This document shows, piece after piece, positions 23,950-36,357 of a DNA stretch of 64,000 nt. Within the stretch, counting starts at the first letter, position 1. Each line of letters opens with the position of its first letter. The position numbers were made by a program, and so were the translations under genes. This DNA is from Pocillopora damicornis (Eukaryota), in assembly GCF_003704095.1 (NCBI RefSeq), contig NW_020847248.1, positions 930,001-994,000 of the forward strand, in the 5' to 3' direction. The notes below the pieces were generated by a model. That model was given only the letters and a program-made list of their open reading frames with translations, ran no database searches and had not been told where the DNA came from.

Positions 23950-26520
23950 TAACTGGAAGAAACCTGAGCAAGTTGATCGGTTTATATGGGAGCCTTTTCT
24001 ATTCAATACCTATACAGGCAAAACATTTTGATATCTATTGGCTGGAAGTACTGGCTTATGTTACTCTTTACAGGAAGAAACACTTGCATGTTGGTCATGA
24101 CTTTAAACATAAGAGGTGGCTCTTGGAGGAATCGGTTTGTTATGGCTCTGAAAAGAGCTGTTTTATTATAGAGCTCTTCTGTTTTTCTCCAATGACTTGC
24201 TGCTGTGGGTACTTCCAAACTTGCAAAATAAGGTAAGGAAATTCAGTTGGGCCAACAAACTAAAAGTATCATAGTTTTTAATATGTGCAATAATTACACA
24301 GAATTATTTTGTATTGCTGTGCAATGCTCTGAAATGTCCTGTAAGATATTTAAGTTTTACATTACTTTTATCCTTCTTCCTGATTGTTGGTGCATGTGGC
24401 TATCCTGTCTCAATCCTCATCCAACTTTTTAGTGTACGATCTATCGGTTGGGTGGAGGTTGTGCACTCAACTTTCTATTTTCTTACTCCATGACCTGAAT
24501 TGTGTATTTGGAGCTCTTGCCAACCCTTTTGTGTGCGACGATGAAACATTCATGGCAGTTCATGGTTTTTTTTCAACAGGCTGGCAATTTGCATCAGAAA
24601 TACTGCCGCATTTTTCCTAGCAACTGGGGTAAACGGTGTGCGAGAGCTGCAAAAAAAGAATTTTGAGAATTATTATTATTCATTATAATTATTAATATCG
24701 ATATAATCCAGTTCTTTAATGTTGGTTTACAAGATTATTGACCTACCATGTATTTAGGGAGTTATATCTTCGTCAAAGTGCACCACTCTGAAAAATTTTG
24801 CCCATTTCCTTGCCTTCTCTTGGAATTGCTGAGGAGGTAGATGTTGTTCCTCGCTTGGTTGCACTTCTAGAGCTGAAAATAGCTCAGAAAATCCTTGGAA
24901 TTGACATTAACCTTTTCAAATTTTTCTGCTCTTCTTTAATTACAAAATGATATTTTCCCTTTTAGAAAATTAAAAATATATGCTATCTCTTCAAAACCAT
25001 TTCTATTTTTGTGCACATTGTAAGATATGAAGAACTTAAATACCTTCCACAGTTTTTCCACATTCTTGTAGGAGGTCATCCCCTGATTTTGCCTTCAGCT
25101 CCAAATCTTGAAGTATGTTGAGCAGATCTTTACCTAAGTCAAATTTGAAAGTGTTCATTAGAATCATTATGGCTCCTTCAGGAGCTAGTTGTTTACAAGC
25201 AAATCTGATTCTCCAAGTAATTGCAGTCAAAGAGAAAGTTTAAGCCTTGCAATTCTATAAATTATAATATCCTGATGTTTTTATTTGACTGCCATCTAGT
25301 CTTTTCTATTGTATTTAGGATGTGGTAGTAAGAAATATAAAGGTGAAGGTGGCTACATGATTGTGCAAACCACTCAAGTCAAGGAGGTATGAAGCTTTGT
25401 CCATTGCCAATCCAACAAAATCATCATGCCCAAATTCTGAAGGAAAATCTCGCTATGAATATTGAAGAAATACTTAAGGGCACATCACTCAAAAATAGAA
25501 ATGAAAGTTTATTGATCAAGTCAACAATTGAACTGTTACATAAAAAATACATTATTTATTCTTGAAAGTCTGCAGAATAAAATAAAATGTCTTAATGAAA
25601 ATATTCTTCATAAATATCAGTATTATTTCCCTCAAGTTTTGAAATAGGAATTGGACTTTATTTTAAACCACTGAGAATACTTACAGCTGTACTGTCTCCA
25701 TGATCATCTCCCTCACTGTCACAGTCATATGGATGTTTACAATATTCCTAGAAAATATAACTAAAATTGCATAGCTCATTTATGCTTTGATCACCAGAAG
25801 AAAGGTTAACTTTTCTCTGACAAAAGACTTGAAGTGAGTAATATTTCAGTCATATTTCACAAGTACCTCTCTATAAATTCTTGCAAGCCTTCTTTTTCAG
25901 ACCTAGAAATGAATGTTCAAATCACAAAGTTAATTGCATGAAAGAATATTCACCAAATTATTTCTCAAGGCTTCCTATGGGAATAATTTCTCCAGTGTTC
26001 AGAGTGTCACATAAACCATTTGAATTATCATTTCTACCCTAAAAGTATCACTTTGCCTTTCTGATAATACCAGTGCTGGACATGCGGTTCAGATTCACAT
26101 TATAGTGAGGAAATGTGCATTTGATCAACAGCTGAAACTCATGGAAGGAAACCTTCACTGCACTGGCAGTTGCTAGATTTTTTCATTATATTGGAATTAT
26201 TAAAGAACATTAATTATTTAAACCATCAAATGCAAGCAAAGATTAAGGATTCTTCTTGGACAATACCTTGTAGTATCCAGTAAACAATCAAAGAAAACTT
26301 TTACACTTTGAGCCAGAGTTTCACAGTTTCAATGAAGTACAGACATTATCTCTTTAGAGTCCTCCACAGTTTCATCTTGGCTCTCCCCTAAATAATTAAC
26401 ATGGGGCATAAAAGTGATAACTTCCTGATTTCCTGTTCTACTGTAATAGGAATTGTGATGATTTTAAAATTATCATCAATGACATTATCATTACAGTGTC
26501 ATATAATATGGCCACATTGG
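23950..26520 (-). pseudogene. Degenerate multi-exon gene remnant, product not recognised
   Basis: Alternating coding-like blocks and short AT-rich introns with minus-strand donor/acceptor motifs (e.g. ~24745-24870, ~25043-25453, ~25685-25748); in-frame stops. Confidence 0.3.
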
Positions 26521-27114
26521 CTCTAGTAAAAAAAAAAATGCGTTCACTAACACCTATAGTACTGGTGTATAAATTTCTGTTGATGAGTATCTTTAGGGGC
26601 ACTAATTTTCAGATATTTTAATATTATAACAAAATCTTTATNNNNNNNNNNNNNNNNNNNNNNNNNNNNNNNNNNNNNNNNNNNNNNNNNNNNNNNNNNN
26701 NNNNNNNNNNNNNNNNNNNNNNNNNNNNNNNNNNNNNNNNNTCTCCAAATCTGGATACAGAACAGGTAGGCAACGAAAGCGGACTTATCATGCTTCAGGC
26801 TAATTCTAAAAAAGAAATGGTAAGTAATGCGAAGCAACCACGATCACCAACCCTCTTGGATGTAAGTTGTTCAAGATCAGCAACAATGCTTTGAATGGCA
26901 CTTGGAGATGATGCAAGATGCAAGCCAACTCAACATTCAAAGCCTTTTGTGGCACAGACAACGTTTCAACGCATTGTTGGTCAGAAAAATATTCATTTGA
27001 AGAGTATGTCAGATAAAGAATTCAACTGCAACTTTAAAGAATTGACTCCAGAACATTTGGAGTATCTAACCATAGTTAATAAAGCAAACTGGTTTAGACA
27101 GAAATTCTAAACCC

Positions 27115-27794
27115 CAGACTATCATCAATCATCAACTCAAATTCTGGAAGCATTACCGCACTTTTCTTTTGTAATAGAAGTCTATTCTCTAGTTCTTGGA
27201 CTGTCCATTCCTGCAATGTTTTCAAAGTTTTTACTCTTTTACAGAGGTCTCTGAAGCTACCATAGTATTTCTAGAGGCTCTCTGTAACAGGTTTGTCTTC
27301 TACCACAGATTTCAATGGACATGCAACAGGTCTCACCATGTCATGACTTCTCTTAGGCATACTGAAAGTTGGCAAGGCTCCAAACTTTGGTGTTTTTTTG
27401 GCCATCTTTTCCAATTGAATTGAAATAAAAATAAAAGAAAAGTGATGTGTAACAACAATCTGTAAAAGAATATAAAGTTCAAACACGAATGAGACATCAT
27501 TTATGTGGCCAGTCATGTTTACATGGATACCAGATATGTTTATTACAGACAACTCAAGCACTTACATGTCTCATATCATCAGGTTCGAAATGTTTCTCAC
27601 ATGTAAACACCTTGCCATTATCGATCTGATTTTGGAAGTCTTTGTCAATGACTCATCTTCATCAGCTCATTTGGCCACTCTTCCTGCCACTTCTTGTATT
27701 CTGCATTTCGTGGTGAGTACAGTTTAAAGATACCAATCCCTTTAGTTCTACGGCATGTACCGCAACCAAACACCGAACAGTTGTCACCAGGCAT
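27115..27794 (-). mobile_element. 5' fragment of a THAP-domain (P-element/THAP9-like) transposase gene
   Basis: MPGDNCSVFGCGTCRRTKGIGIFKL..W..VFTCEKHF..(intron)..FGALPT C2CH THAP motif; paralogous to ~35680-36280. Confidence 0.85.
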
Positions 27795-28014
27795 TCTATT
27801 TTCAATACAACGAACTCAGAAAACGATTCCAGTCAAAAGAACTACATTGTGAAGCTTTAAAAACAGGTCAGTTCAACTCTAACTCTTTGAACGACGCCAT
27901 ATTGGATTTGTGTGTGCATGGTCATTGTCACGTGGCTTTGAATAAAGAAGACGATAACCGGTTCTTTGAAGTTTACTGCATTTCATGACCAGTTTGCTTT
28001 ATTAACTATGATCT

Positions 28015-28527
28015 AATCCAACATTCCATTGGTAGTGGAAGTTTTGGCCAATGCTACAAGCAAGTTACAGCAGGATCGCCGTTATTGTGAAGGAAATGAC
28101 ACACAATAACAATGCTGGAGAGAAGGGATTATAACTGCATTGGGGGATCATGCCAATCTCCCAATGTTGTTTGGAGTAGTTACAAAGAGCTTGCCCTTAT
28201 GCCATGTTCCACAGTTCCATGGCGTCAACCAAGAAAGCGCTACTCTTCATCAGGCTGCAAGCAAAAACCTGCTTAATCCAACAGATTGTATTTGACTGTT
28301 TATAAAGATAACTTCCACCTTGAGCTATGTTCATTCAAAAGGCTACCTTCACAAAGACATAAAAGCTAACAATGTAGTATTGGAAAGAGAGTCCAACTCT
28401 GCAAAATATAACCTGATTCTTATTCATTTTGATAAAAGCACCATCCTCAAAACAAAGTTCATCCTGCCGTTCAAGAAAGATCTATTTAGCCCTAGAAGTC
28501 CCAAAAGAAAGACATAACAGTGTTGCT
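28015..28527 (+). pseudogene. Protein kinase domain pseudogene fragment
   Basis: IGSGSFGQCY, VIVKEM, LGDHANLPMLFGV, YVHSKGYLHKDIKANNVVL, LIHFDKS (degenerate DFG); frameshifts and stops. Confidence 0.85.
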
Positions 28528-28627
28528 NNNNNNNNNNNNNNNNNNNNNNNNNNNNNNNNNNNNNNNNNNNNNNNNNNNNNNNNNNNNNNNNNNNNNNNNN
28601 NNNNNNNNNNNNNNNNNNNNNNNNNNN

Positions 28628-29380
28628 CTGTATGTTCTTGAGGTTTGGCCAAGCCGGATGAGATTGAGTTACAAAAGGTAATATTTTCATGCGTGCGCGC
28701 TATTTTTTTTTTTTTTTTTAAAGTATCAGTCTCTCCCGCAGAAAATAACTCCAGAGATTCGTTTGTCAAAATCTTATTCTAGGTATTCTCTATTCTTTAA
28801 GCATATCTGAAAGTCTGTACGTTTTTTTAATAAACGTTGAGCGTGACGAATTTGGTACTAGGAGGCGTAAGGCTTCTCCTTTCGCGAATCCCGTATTCAC
28901 GCGTTTAAGTGTATGACATGGAAAATAGTTCGTGTATTAGAAGGTCGCTGCCTCTTTGGAATGCGTTTGCATATCAAGGGGCGATACCCCGTTAAATAAC
29001 TCACGAATTTGATATTATTCACACAGCCATCGGCTGTGTGTGTAACTGCTGTCAAATAAATAGATTCTCGGGCAAGACTGCAGTTTCGATTCTTTCTGAA
29101 TCTCTTCAATTGCCTCCTAACAACGAATTTGTCAAGGAGGAATAACAGGAGTCGCACAGGCCCGCAAACACTTTTTAACTTTCGAAGGAACGGAAACAGA
29201 CAGTGAATTTCCATTATATAACACATTTATTCACGCTATCATGCTGCTACCAGAGATGTTCACTCGACCACGACAGAATAGAAATGACTTATTTTTCGTT
29301 TTACCACCATGATGCAACGCAATCAGAGTGCGCACACCGCCTGGAGTTTAAGAGTCACATGCATGTCTTAGGCCTGTTCT

Positions 29381-29416
<36 letters not shown>

Positions 29417-30184
29417 TTTGGCNNNNNNNNNNNNNNNNNNNNNNNNNNNNNNNNNNNNNNNNNNNNNNNNNNNNNNNNNNNNNNNNNNNNNNNNNNNNNN
29501 NNNNNNNNNNNNNNNNNNNNNNTGGCAAAGCCGGATGAGATTGTGTTACAAAAGGTAATATTTTCATGTGTGCGCGGAAAGTATCAGTCTCTCCCGCAGA
29601 AAATAACTCCAGAGATACGTTTGTCAAAACCTTATTCTAGATATTCTCTATTCTTTAAGCATATTTGAAACTCTGTACGTTTTTTTAATAGACGTTGAGC
29701 GTGACGAATTTGGTACTAGGAGGCGTAAGGCTTCTCCTTTCGCGAATCCCGTATTCACGCGTTTAAGTGTATGACATGGAAAATAGTTCGTGTATCAGAA
29801 GGTCGCTGCCTCTTTAGAATGCGTTTTGCATATCAAGGGACGATTCCCCGTTAAATAACTCACGAATTTGATATTATTCACACAGCCATCGGCTGTGTGT
29901 GTAGATTCTCGGGCAAGACTGCAGTTTCGATTCTTTCTGAATCTCTTCAATTGCCTCCTAACTACGAATTTGTCAAGGAGGAATAATGGGAGTCGTACAG
30001 GCCCGCAAACACTTTTTAACTTTCGAAGGAACGGCAACAGACAATGAATTTCCATTAAATTTCACGTTTATTCACGATATCTTGCTGCTACCAGAGATGT
30101 TCACTCGACCACGACAGGGTGCAAATCAGACTTATTTTTCGTTTTACGACCATGATGCAACGCAATCAGAGTGCGCACACCGCC
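28628..30184. repeat. Direct duplication, ~28650-29341 versus ~29525-30184, separated by a gap
   Basis: Co-linear near-identical sequence with small indels. Confidence 0.85.
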
Positions 30185-31354
30185 TGAGAACAACCGGTGG
30201 AGGTAGATGGTCGTATAGATCATCACCATGTGTCACAAATCCTATTTCGGTGTCATATCCGGGATTCTCAAACGCAGCCACTCGTGGCTCAGGACCATCA
30301 CTGTTTCTTTTGTAAGAAAAAGGGACACCGGGAATTTTTACCCTTTTGAAAGAAGAAAAAAAGAGAAATGGATCAAGAAATATTGCAAAGAAACAAATTG
30401 TGCTACTTGATTCTAGTTTTAGTTACATTTCAATATTTTCAGAGTTTTTTCCCTAATAGGCCTCCAGTGATAGTTACTAGCTACCGTTATTCATTCTTAG
30501 TTGACAACGAGCTGAACAATTGCGTTGAATTCATTATTTCCTCACAGGGTTTCGCTTAAGAGTGATTCTTTGGGAGCCACACGATACACCCTCTTGTGTT
30601 AAGATTACTAGATTTTTGCTGCTATGTAAGAATAAATGCTCCTTTTCGATTGTTTTTATTGTAAATGCATCGCCTCCAGGGTATGTTTTTCTTACGTTTA
30701 TAAGGAAAAAAAGCGGAAATTCTCTCATTACATTACGTATCAACCTCAATTATCCACACTTTCACTTCGTGTGTGATCTCCATTTCAGTCATAGCTGTCT
30801 AGCAGCTGAGTACATGTTGGGTTTTTCTGGTTTTAGTTCCCTTTTTTTGTATTTTTTATGAAATATATGTCAAAGTGGATTTATTTTCTGATTCAGCGTT
30901 GTAGATGTTTGGTAGGATACTCTTTTGTGTTTTCCTCTTTGGTTCCAGTAAGTATTTTAATTCAAGTTCGTCATTGTGTGCGAACCGTTGCGAAGTCAAT
31001 GCTAAAAACGTGAGTTCATGTCAACTTCTGTTATGCCGATTGACTCTGTGAAGCAGAGGTTCTCGGCGGAAGTTTTCGACTTGAAAACTTAGCGAAATCA
31101 GCCACAAAAGTTGTGTCCACTGAAGTTTACTTATCGATACATTCGTGGGTGATAATCATTAGCCTTGGTAGCCGGTTAACATTGACTTTATTGACGAGAT
31201 TCCTATCTATTCGACTTGATCCTTGAATCACATTGTTTGTTTGTATGAACAGCTGCAGCAATTGTATGTAATGGCCATAGTCTACAATACCAAAAACTGA
31301 AGTCTCCTTGTTTCAGATCCTAAGAGCCAGCCATTGCTACTTCAGGCGTTTGAA

Positions 31355-32384
31355 ATGGAAAGAGCATTTTCAAACTTGTCTGACTCTGAATGTACAAACT
31401 GCTCTGACGACTACTCTCAAGTACAGTGGACGTTGACATTCGCCTCAGTAATTAATAACCTTATCTATGATCGGCATTGCTGGCGCCATTGTGGGAACGC
31501 TAGGAAATGGCCTCGTCTTGCTGGCCATCCAAAGGAACGTCAAATTTCGTTTAGTTCCAGACTTCTTGATCTTCAGCCTTTCAACAGCTGACTTGCTAGT
31601 ATCAGGAATATATATGCCTTTTGACGTAAAAAATACAATTTGCTATCCAGTTCTGAAAAACAATGCCACATACACCATGATAACGAAATCTGTAGGCAAG
31701 TTAGCCTTGCTTGCTTCCATCGTCAATGTGGTTGGAATTACAATAGATCGTCTCACGGCAATCCGACGTGGCCATTACCATTACCACTACCAAAAACTAA
31801 TGACGAAGACGTTTGCTTTTTCTTACATATCTGTCACCTGGTTGACATCTGCAATCATTGCTGCTGTCTATTCATTCCCAGAAACCAACCAAAAATTTTT
31901 CTCGTGGATTTATTGCAAGACACTACTTTTAGCTACGATTTTCATGTACTCATATATTTTAAGGGTTGCACATGCGCAGCGTATTAGAATTGTGGCGATG
32001 CTACATCGAGACAACGAAGATAGATTTAGCAAGCAAACTCCTGTTTGCTTAGAAGATAAAGCAACGAAGACATTAAAGGAAAGCAAAGCTGCAAAAACAT
32101 TTGCAATTGTGGTTGGTGCCTTTGTAGTGACATGGATTCCGCTCATATTCTACCCATCAATTGCCCCATGGTCCGAAAGCTGGTACTACGAAGGCTTCGA
32201 ATGGGCCAAAACTTTCTCACTATGGAACTCCTTCCTAAATCGGTACATTTACTTTGCCAGAAACAGGCGATATAGGCAAACGACCTTGCAAATGCTCAAA
32301 ACTATTCAGTGCTGGCCACGTCTCCCTGCTCACCAGTCTCAAGTCGGCGTGGAAATATATGGAGAAACAACACCTAACAACTGA
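31355..32384 (+). pseudogene. Intronless rhodopsin-class GPCR (amine/adenosine-receptor-like), frameshifted copy
   Basis: GN (TM1), LSTADL, IDR, KAAKTFAIVVGAFVVTWIP, NSFLNRYIY; 4-bp insertion at ~31450 relative to the paralogue disconnects ATG 31355; NPxxY changed to NRYIY. Confidence 0.85.
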
Positions 32385-33353
32385 CTTGCTGCTACCCTTG
32401 ATCTCCTACAAACTCTTTCATTTAGTTTGACGGCTACTCTTTCATTGATGACTCTGGCCACCAATTTCGATGCGAAATTCCAACTTCTCCGGAAAATGCA
32501 GTGAGAACTAATTTAAGTTTGAAAAATACACTTTGTACGTGGAGCAACACCTCCATTTTACGTTTGCCATATTTCTCTTCAATCATTTCACCATCCACCT
32601 CCTCCCACCCCCTGTGATAGCACTTCAGCGATGGTGGGGCTTGACTACACACAAGACGTACTACGATCGACAGACAGACTTGATTGGTAAAGATGACGAT
32701 ATACTACTTTTGTTAAATCACTACCTTGATAACCACATCTCACCAAGCCAGATATGGCATGTCTTGGAAATCGTCCAACTATTAAGTAGGCTAACTAATA
32801 AGGGGTGGAAAGGAAATTTATTGTCATCTAAATCTCTGGGCACTGCTGGGCCTTTCTATTCTGAATATTGGCTTCCCTACACAATGGCTATCATCCAAAT
32901 ATTGCCCTTTCAAAGTATTTGAAATAAAAAAATTGTCTTTTTTTTTCTTTTAGAAATGACGTATTTATTTAAATCTATTTCCTTCGAGTGCTTTTTAAAT
33001 GCCGCCACGTGCCTTTGTCGCAACATGACTGAGAAATACTGATCATAATTGATCACTAATGATCACAAGACTCATTCCATTACACTATGCATCGCAAATT
33101 GCCTCTTTTATTATATTTAACTAAAATCTCTTGAAAACAGGTTGAATTCGACTATCTCGTATGTGGACTATGTCAGAAGAGGTGCAAAAGCAAGAGCGGG
33201 CTGAAACGACACCAAACGGCTAAACACAGAGACTACACAAGAACAATAACAGATTCCGTAAAGCGAAGCGGAGAGGAACAATATAGAGACTTAACCTTTG
33301 AGGTTTATTCAGGAATCGTTGAGAAGGCCAAAGTTAAAATTGTTGAAAAGAAA

Positions 33354-34224
33354 ATGAAGCCAAATTTGGTCAGAGAAGAAAAAAGTTCCTACCACAACAG
33401 TCCAGTAGACTCACAAGACTCTGCTGCAGATTTCAGTGAAATTCAAATCATCTATAAGCGCTTGGTGAAGTCTGGAAACGCTGAAAGATTTTATGCTAGT
33501 TTCTACTCTACAATAGTTTCGAATGCAGTTAAATATTTTCAGGGATTGTCGAGGAATGCTGCAACACTGCTATCTACCAAGGTTGCTGACTGTATGTTAG
33601 TGCACAGCAAGGAGAAAGTGGAAAACTCTGATCTAAGTACGTGTCCCATTAGCTAAACTTTCGGATGAAGAACAAGCTGGATTACAGTACATAGGAGGAT
33701 ATGTTCTCTATAAACTTCATAAGAAACTTGCAAATACTAGTAAATCATGGGAAAGTGAGCAGGCAATCTCCATACTCAAGGCTGGGAAATCAGAAGACCA
33801 GAATGTTATAGAAAGCCAGACGTTAACTTCATCTCTAAATCGTGGTGGTTTATGGGCAATAACAAAGAATGCCCAAACAATTTTTGAGAGAACTGAACAC
33901 TATTTTAGGGATATCACTTCTAAGACTAATTTACAAAAGCTTGAGTTCTCTTGTGTTATATCAAGATCTATTCATGATGTTGATTTAGTGTCAGCATACA
34001 TTTTAATGTTGTCTGATGTTGAACTGATAGTCCAAAGTGGTGTTGCCAAAGATGTATTACATAACATCATACAAATGTATGTCAGAGTACATTCATTCTC
34101 TTTTGCAAACAACATTATCCAGAAACACAAGATGAAATTAAAACAGTTAAAATCCAAAGCACTTCGTAAGGAAATAAGCAGAGCCTCTAAAGAATCTGAT
34201 CAAGAAAGGCCATTTGGTCCATAA
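33354..34224 (+). pseudogene. Second (convergent) ORF of the P-like element
   Basis: ERFYASFYS..EQAGLQYIGGYVLYKL..LNRGGLW..ERTEHYFR..YVRVHSFSFA; frameshift near 33650. Confidence 0.65.
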
Positions 34225-34755
34225 ATTCAACCATCCTGTAATGTTAAAAATTGTATTTTTGACTCTCCAAGAACAATAACATGCATGCTTTGCATTGATG
34301 CAAATTTAGATACAAATACTATGTCCACTTAAAGATGTGAAGCATTAACTTATGAAATGTACATCATAGAGAAATGTTGCAGTTGTGTGAAAATTATTCA
34401 CAAAACAATATCTATACTGTTTTCTTATATATAAGGCTAGAGTGACCCATTTCTATTGCTTTATTAATATCGTAACAACCAAAAGCTGGTTTTTGTCCTT
34501 GTTGATAGTGGTATTTGAATAAATGTAAGCCTTCATATCCATACCATGTTGGTCATCTTTTAATAATATTGTTCTCATGTCTAAATTTAGTACCTCAATT
34601 TCATCACTATTACTTAATCAGAACTGGAGCTATATTGAACGCATCACCTAATGACATTGTTATGTCTGTGATAAAGATAACTCATCATAGTAGTAACAAC
34701 CCAGTTATTGTACACATGCCAAAATATTGAGATTATTGTAATCTATGAAATCTTA

Positions 34756-36285
34756 TTACTGCTTTTTTCTCTTGGGCACTGGGTCATTTGAAACATTGAC
34801 CCATGATTTGTCTCTGTCTTTTCTTCCACGTGTATTTCCAGATTGACAGGAAACAGCTCACTGTACCCTGATGGTATTGTTGTTATAACCAAACATCTTC
34901 ATGTAAGGATTGTCATTTCTTTTTCCCAGTTTCCTTTGGTTCCCAAAGTATTCTTCTGGGGGATCTTGACAAAACCTCTCTGTTAAGACATACCCTACAC
35001 CTTCATTTAGAAGAAACTTTGTTGCCTCTATGACTGAATGTGCAGTAATCTGTAAGCCCTCATACGTCTGCCAGGATAGGAACATCTTACTTCTGGCATT
35101 CTGAGAGAAATTACCAGGGCAACTAGCTATGCTATCTTTCCAGTCTCTCAGTAAACCAAGGAAGTCATTTGTCAACCAGAGAAATCTTGGGTCATTCACA
35201 GATGAGTAAGGTGCTAGAAATGGCTTCCTCTTCCTAAGAGTTCAGCATATTTGAGCCTCTGCATCTGTAATGTGAGTTTGATTCGTTGTGGTGCTGTCTG
35301 TGATACTGGTGAAAATAAATGTGCGGGCTCATTCAGTTTCTGTTTAGCCTTGTGAATGAGTTCAGATCTATGTGAATACTGGTAACAACTTGAACACTTT
35401 TCACCATGTTCAAACAAAACCGTACAACTATGAGTTCTCCAATATTCTTTATGCGGAAATGAATTGAAATCACCATCATTGTCAATGAACAATGGATCAA
35501 TAGACTTTGGAATTAAATGATGGACTATATTTCTGGATAATTCAAATAGTTCCACACCAGGACAGATATATAGGCTGTTGATATTTCGTAAAAGTTCAGA
35601 CACTGTAATATTATAAACAGATTTTAAGTTTGTAGTATGTATCTCTTGGTCTTCTGAAAGGAGCCATCCATAGACAGAAATTGTAAACCCTAGACTATCA
35701 TCAATCATCAACTCAAATTCTGGAAGCATTACTGCACTTTTCTTTTGTAATATAAGTCTATCCTCTAGTTCCTGGACTGTCCATTCCTGCTATGTTTTCA
35801 AAGTTTTTACTCGTTTACAGAGGTCACTGAAGCTTCTATAGTATTTCTGGTGGCTCTCTGTAACAGGTTTGTCTTGTACCACAGATCTCAATGGACGTGC
35901 AACAGGTTTCACCGTGTCATGACTTCTCTTTGGCATATTGAAAGTTGGCAAGGCTCCAAACTTTGGTCTTGTTTTCGCGATTGAACTGAAATAAAAATAA
36001 AAGAAAAGCGATCTGTAACAACAATCTGTATAAGAATATAAAGTTCAAACCCGAATCAGGGAGACATCATTTTTGTGGCCGGTCGTGTTTACATGGATAC
36101 CAGATATGTTTATTACAGACAACTCGAGTACTTACATGTCTCTATATCGTCAGGATCGAAATGTTTCTCACATGTAAACACCTTGCCATTATCGATCTGA
36201 TTTTGGAAGTCTTTGTCGATGACTCTCGTCTTTGTCGGCTCATTTAGCCACTCTTCTCGCCACTTCTTGTATTCTGCAATTCGTG
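34756..36285 (-). pseudogene. THAP9/P-element transposase pseudogene with central deletion
   Basis: THAP remnant TCEKHF, CxxC region, abrupt junction at ~35215 into [36 protein letters not shown] (RNase H-like C-terminal motif). Confidence 0.88.
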
Positions 36286-36357
36286 GGATTGGGTAACCAC
36301 CCCCCTACGTTACCGAAATAAAATAAATTGTATTGTATTGTATTGTATTGTATTGTA
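36286..36357 (+). repeat. 3' tail of a non-LTR retroelement ending in (TATTG)n
   Basis: ggtaaccacccccctacgttacc hairpin, then aataaaataaa and 5-6 TATTG units. Confidence 0.5.

Larger units (their letters stand above)
33111..36285. mobile_element. Internally deleted P-element/THAP9-like transposon with two convergent ORFs
   Basis: Absent from paralogous loci (~37400 and ~47210); carries transposase remnants on the minus strand and ORF2 on the plus strand. Confidence 0.85.

Noticed and set aside
28897-30055. Duplicated 86-109 aa minus-strand ORFs
   Set aside because: No recognisable domain; similarity is explained by the DNA duplication
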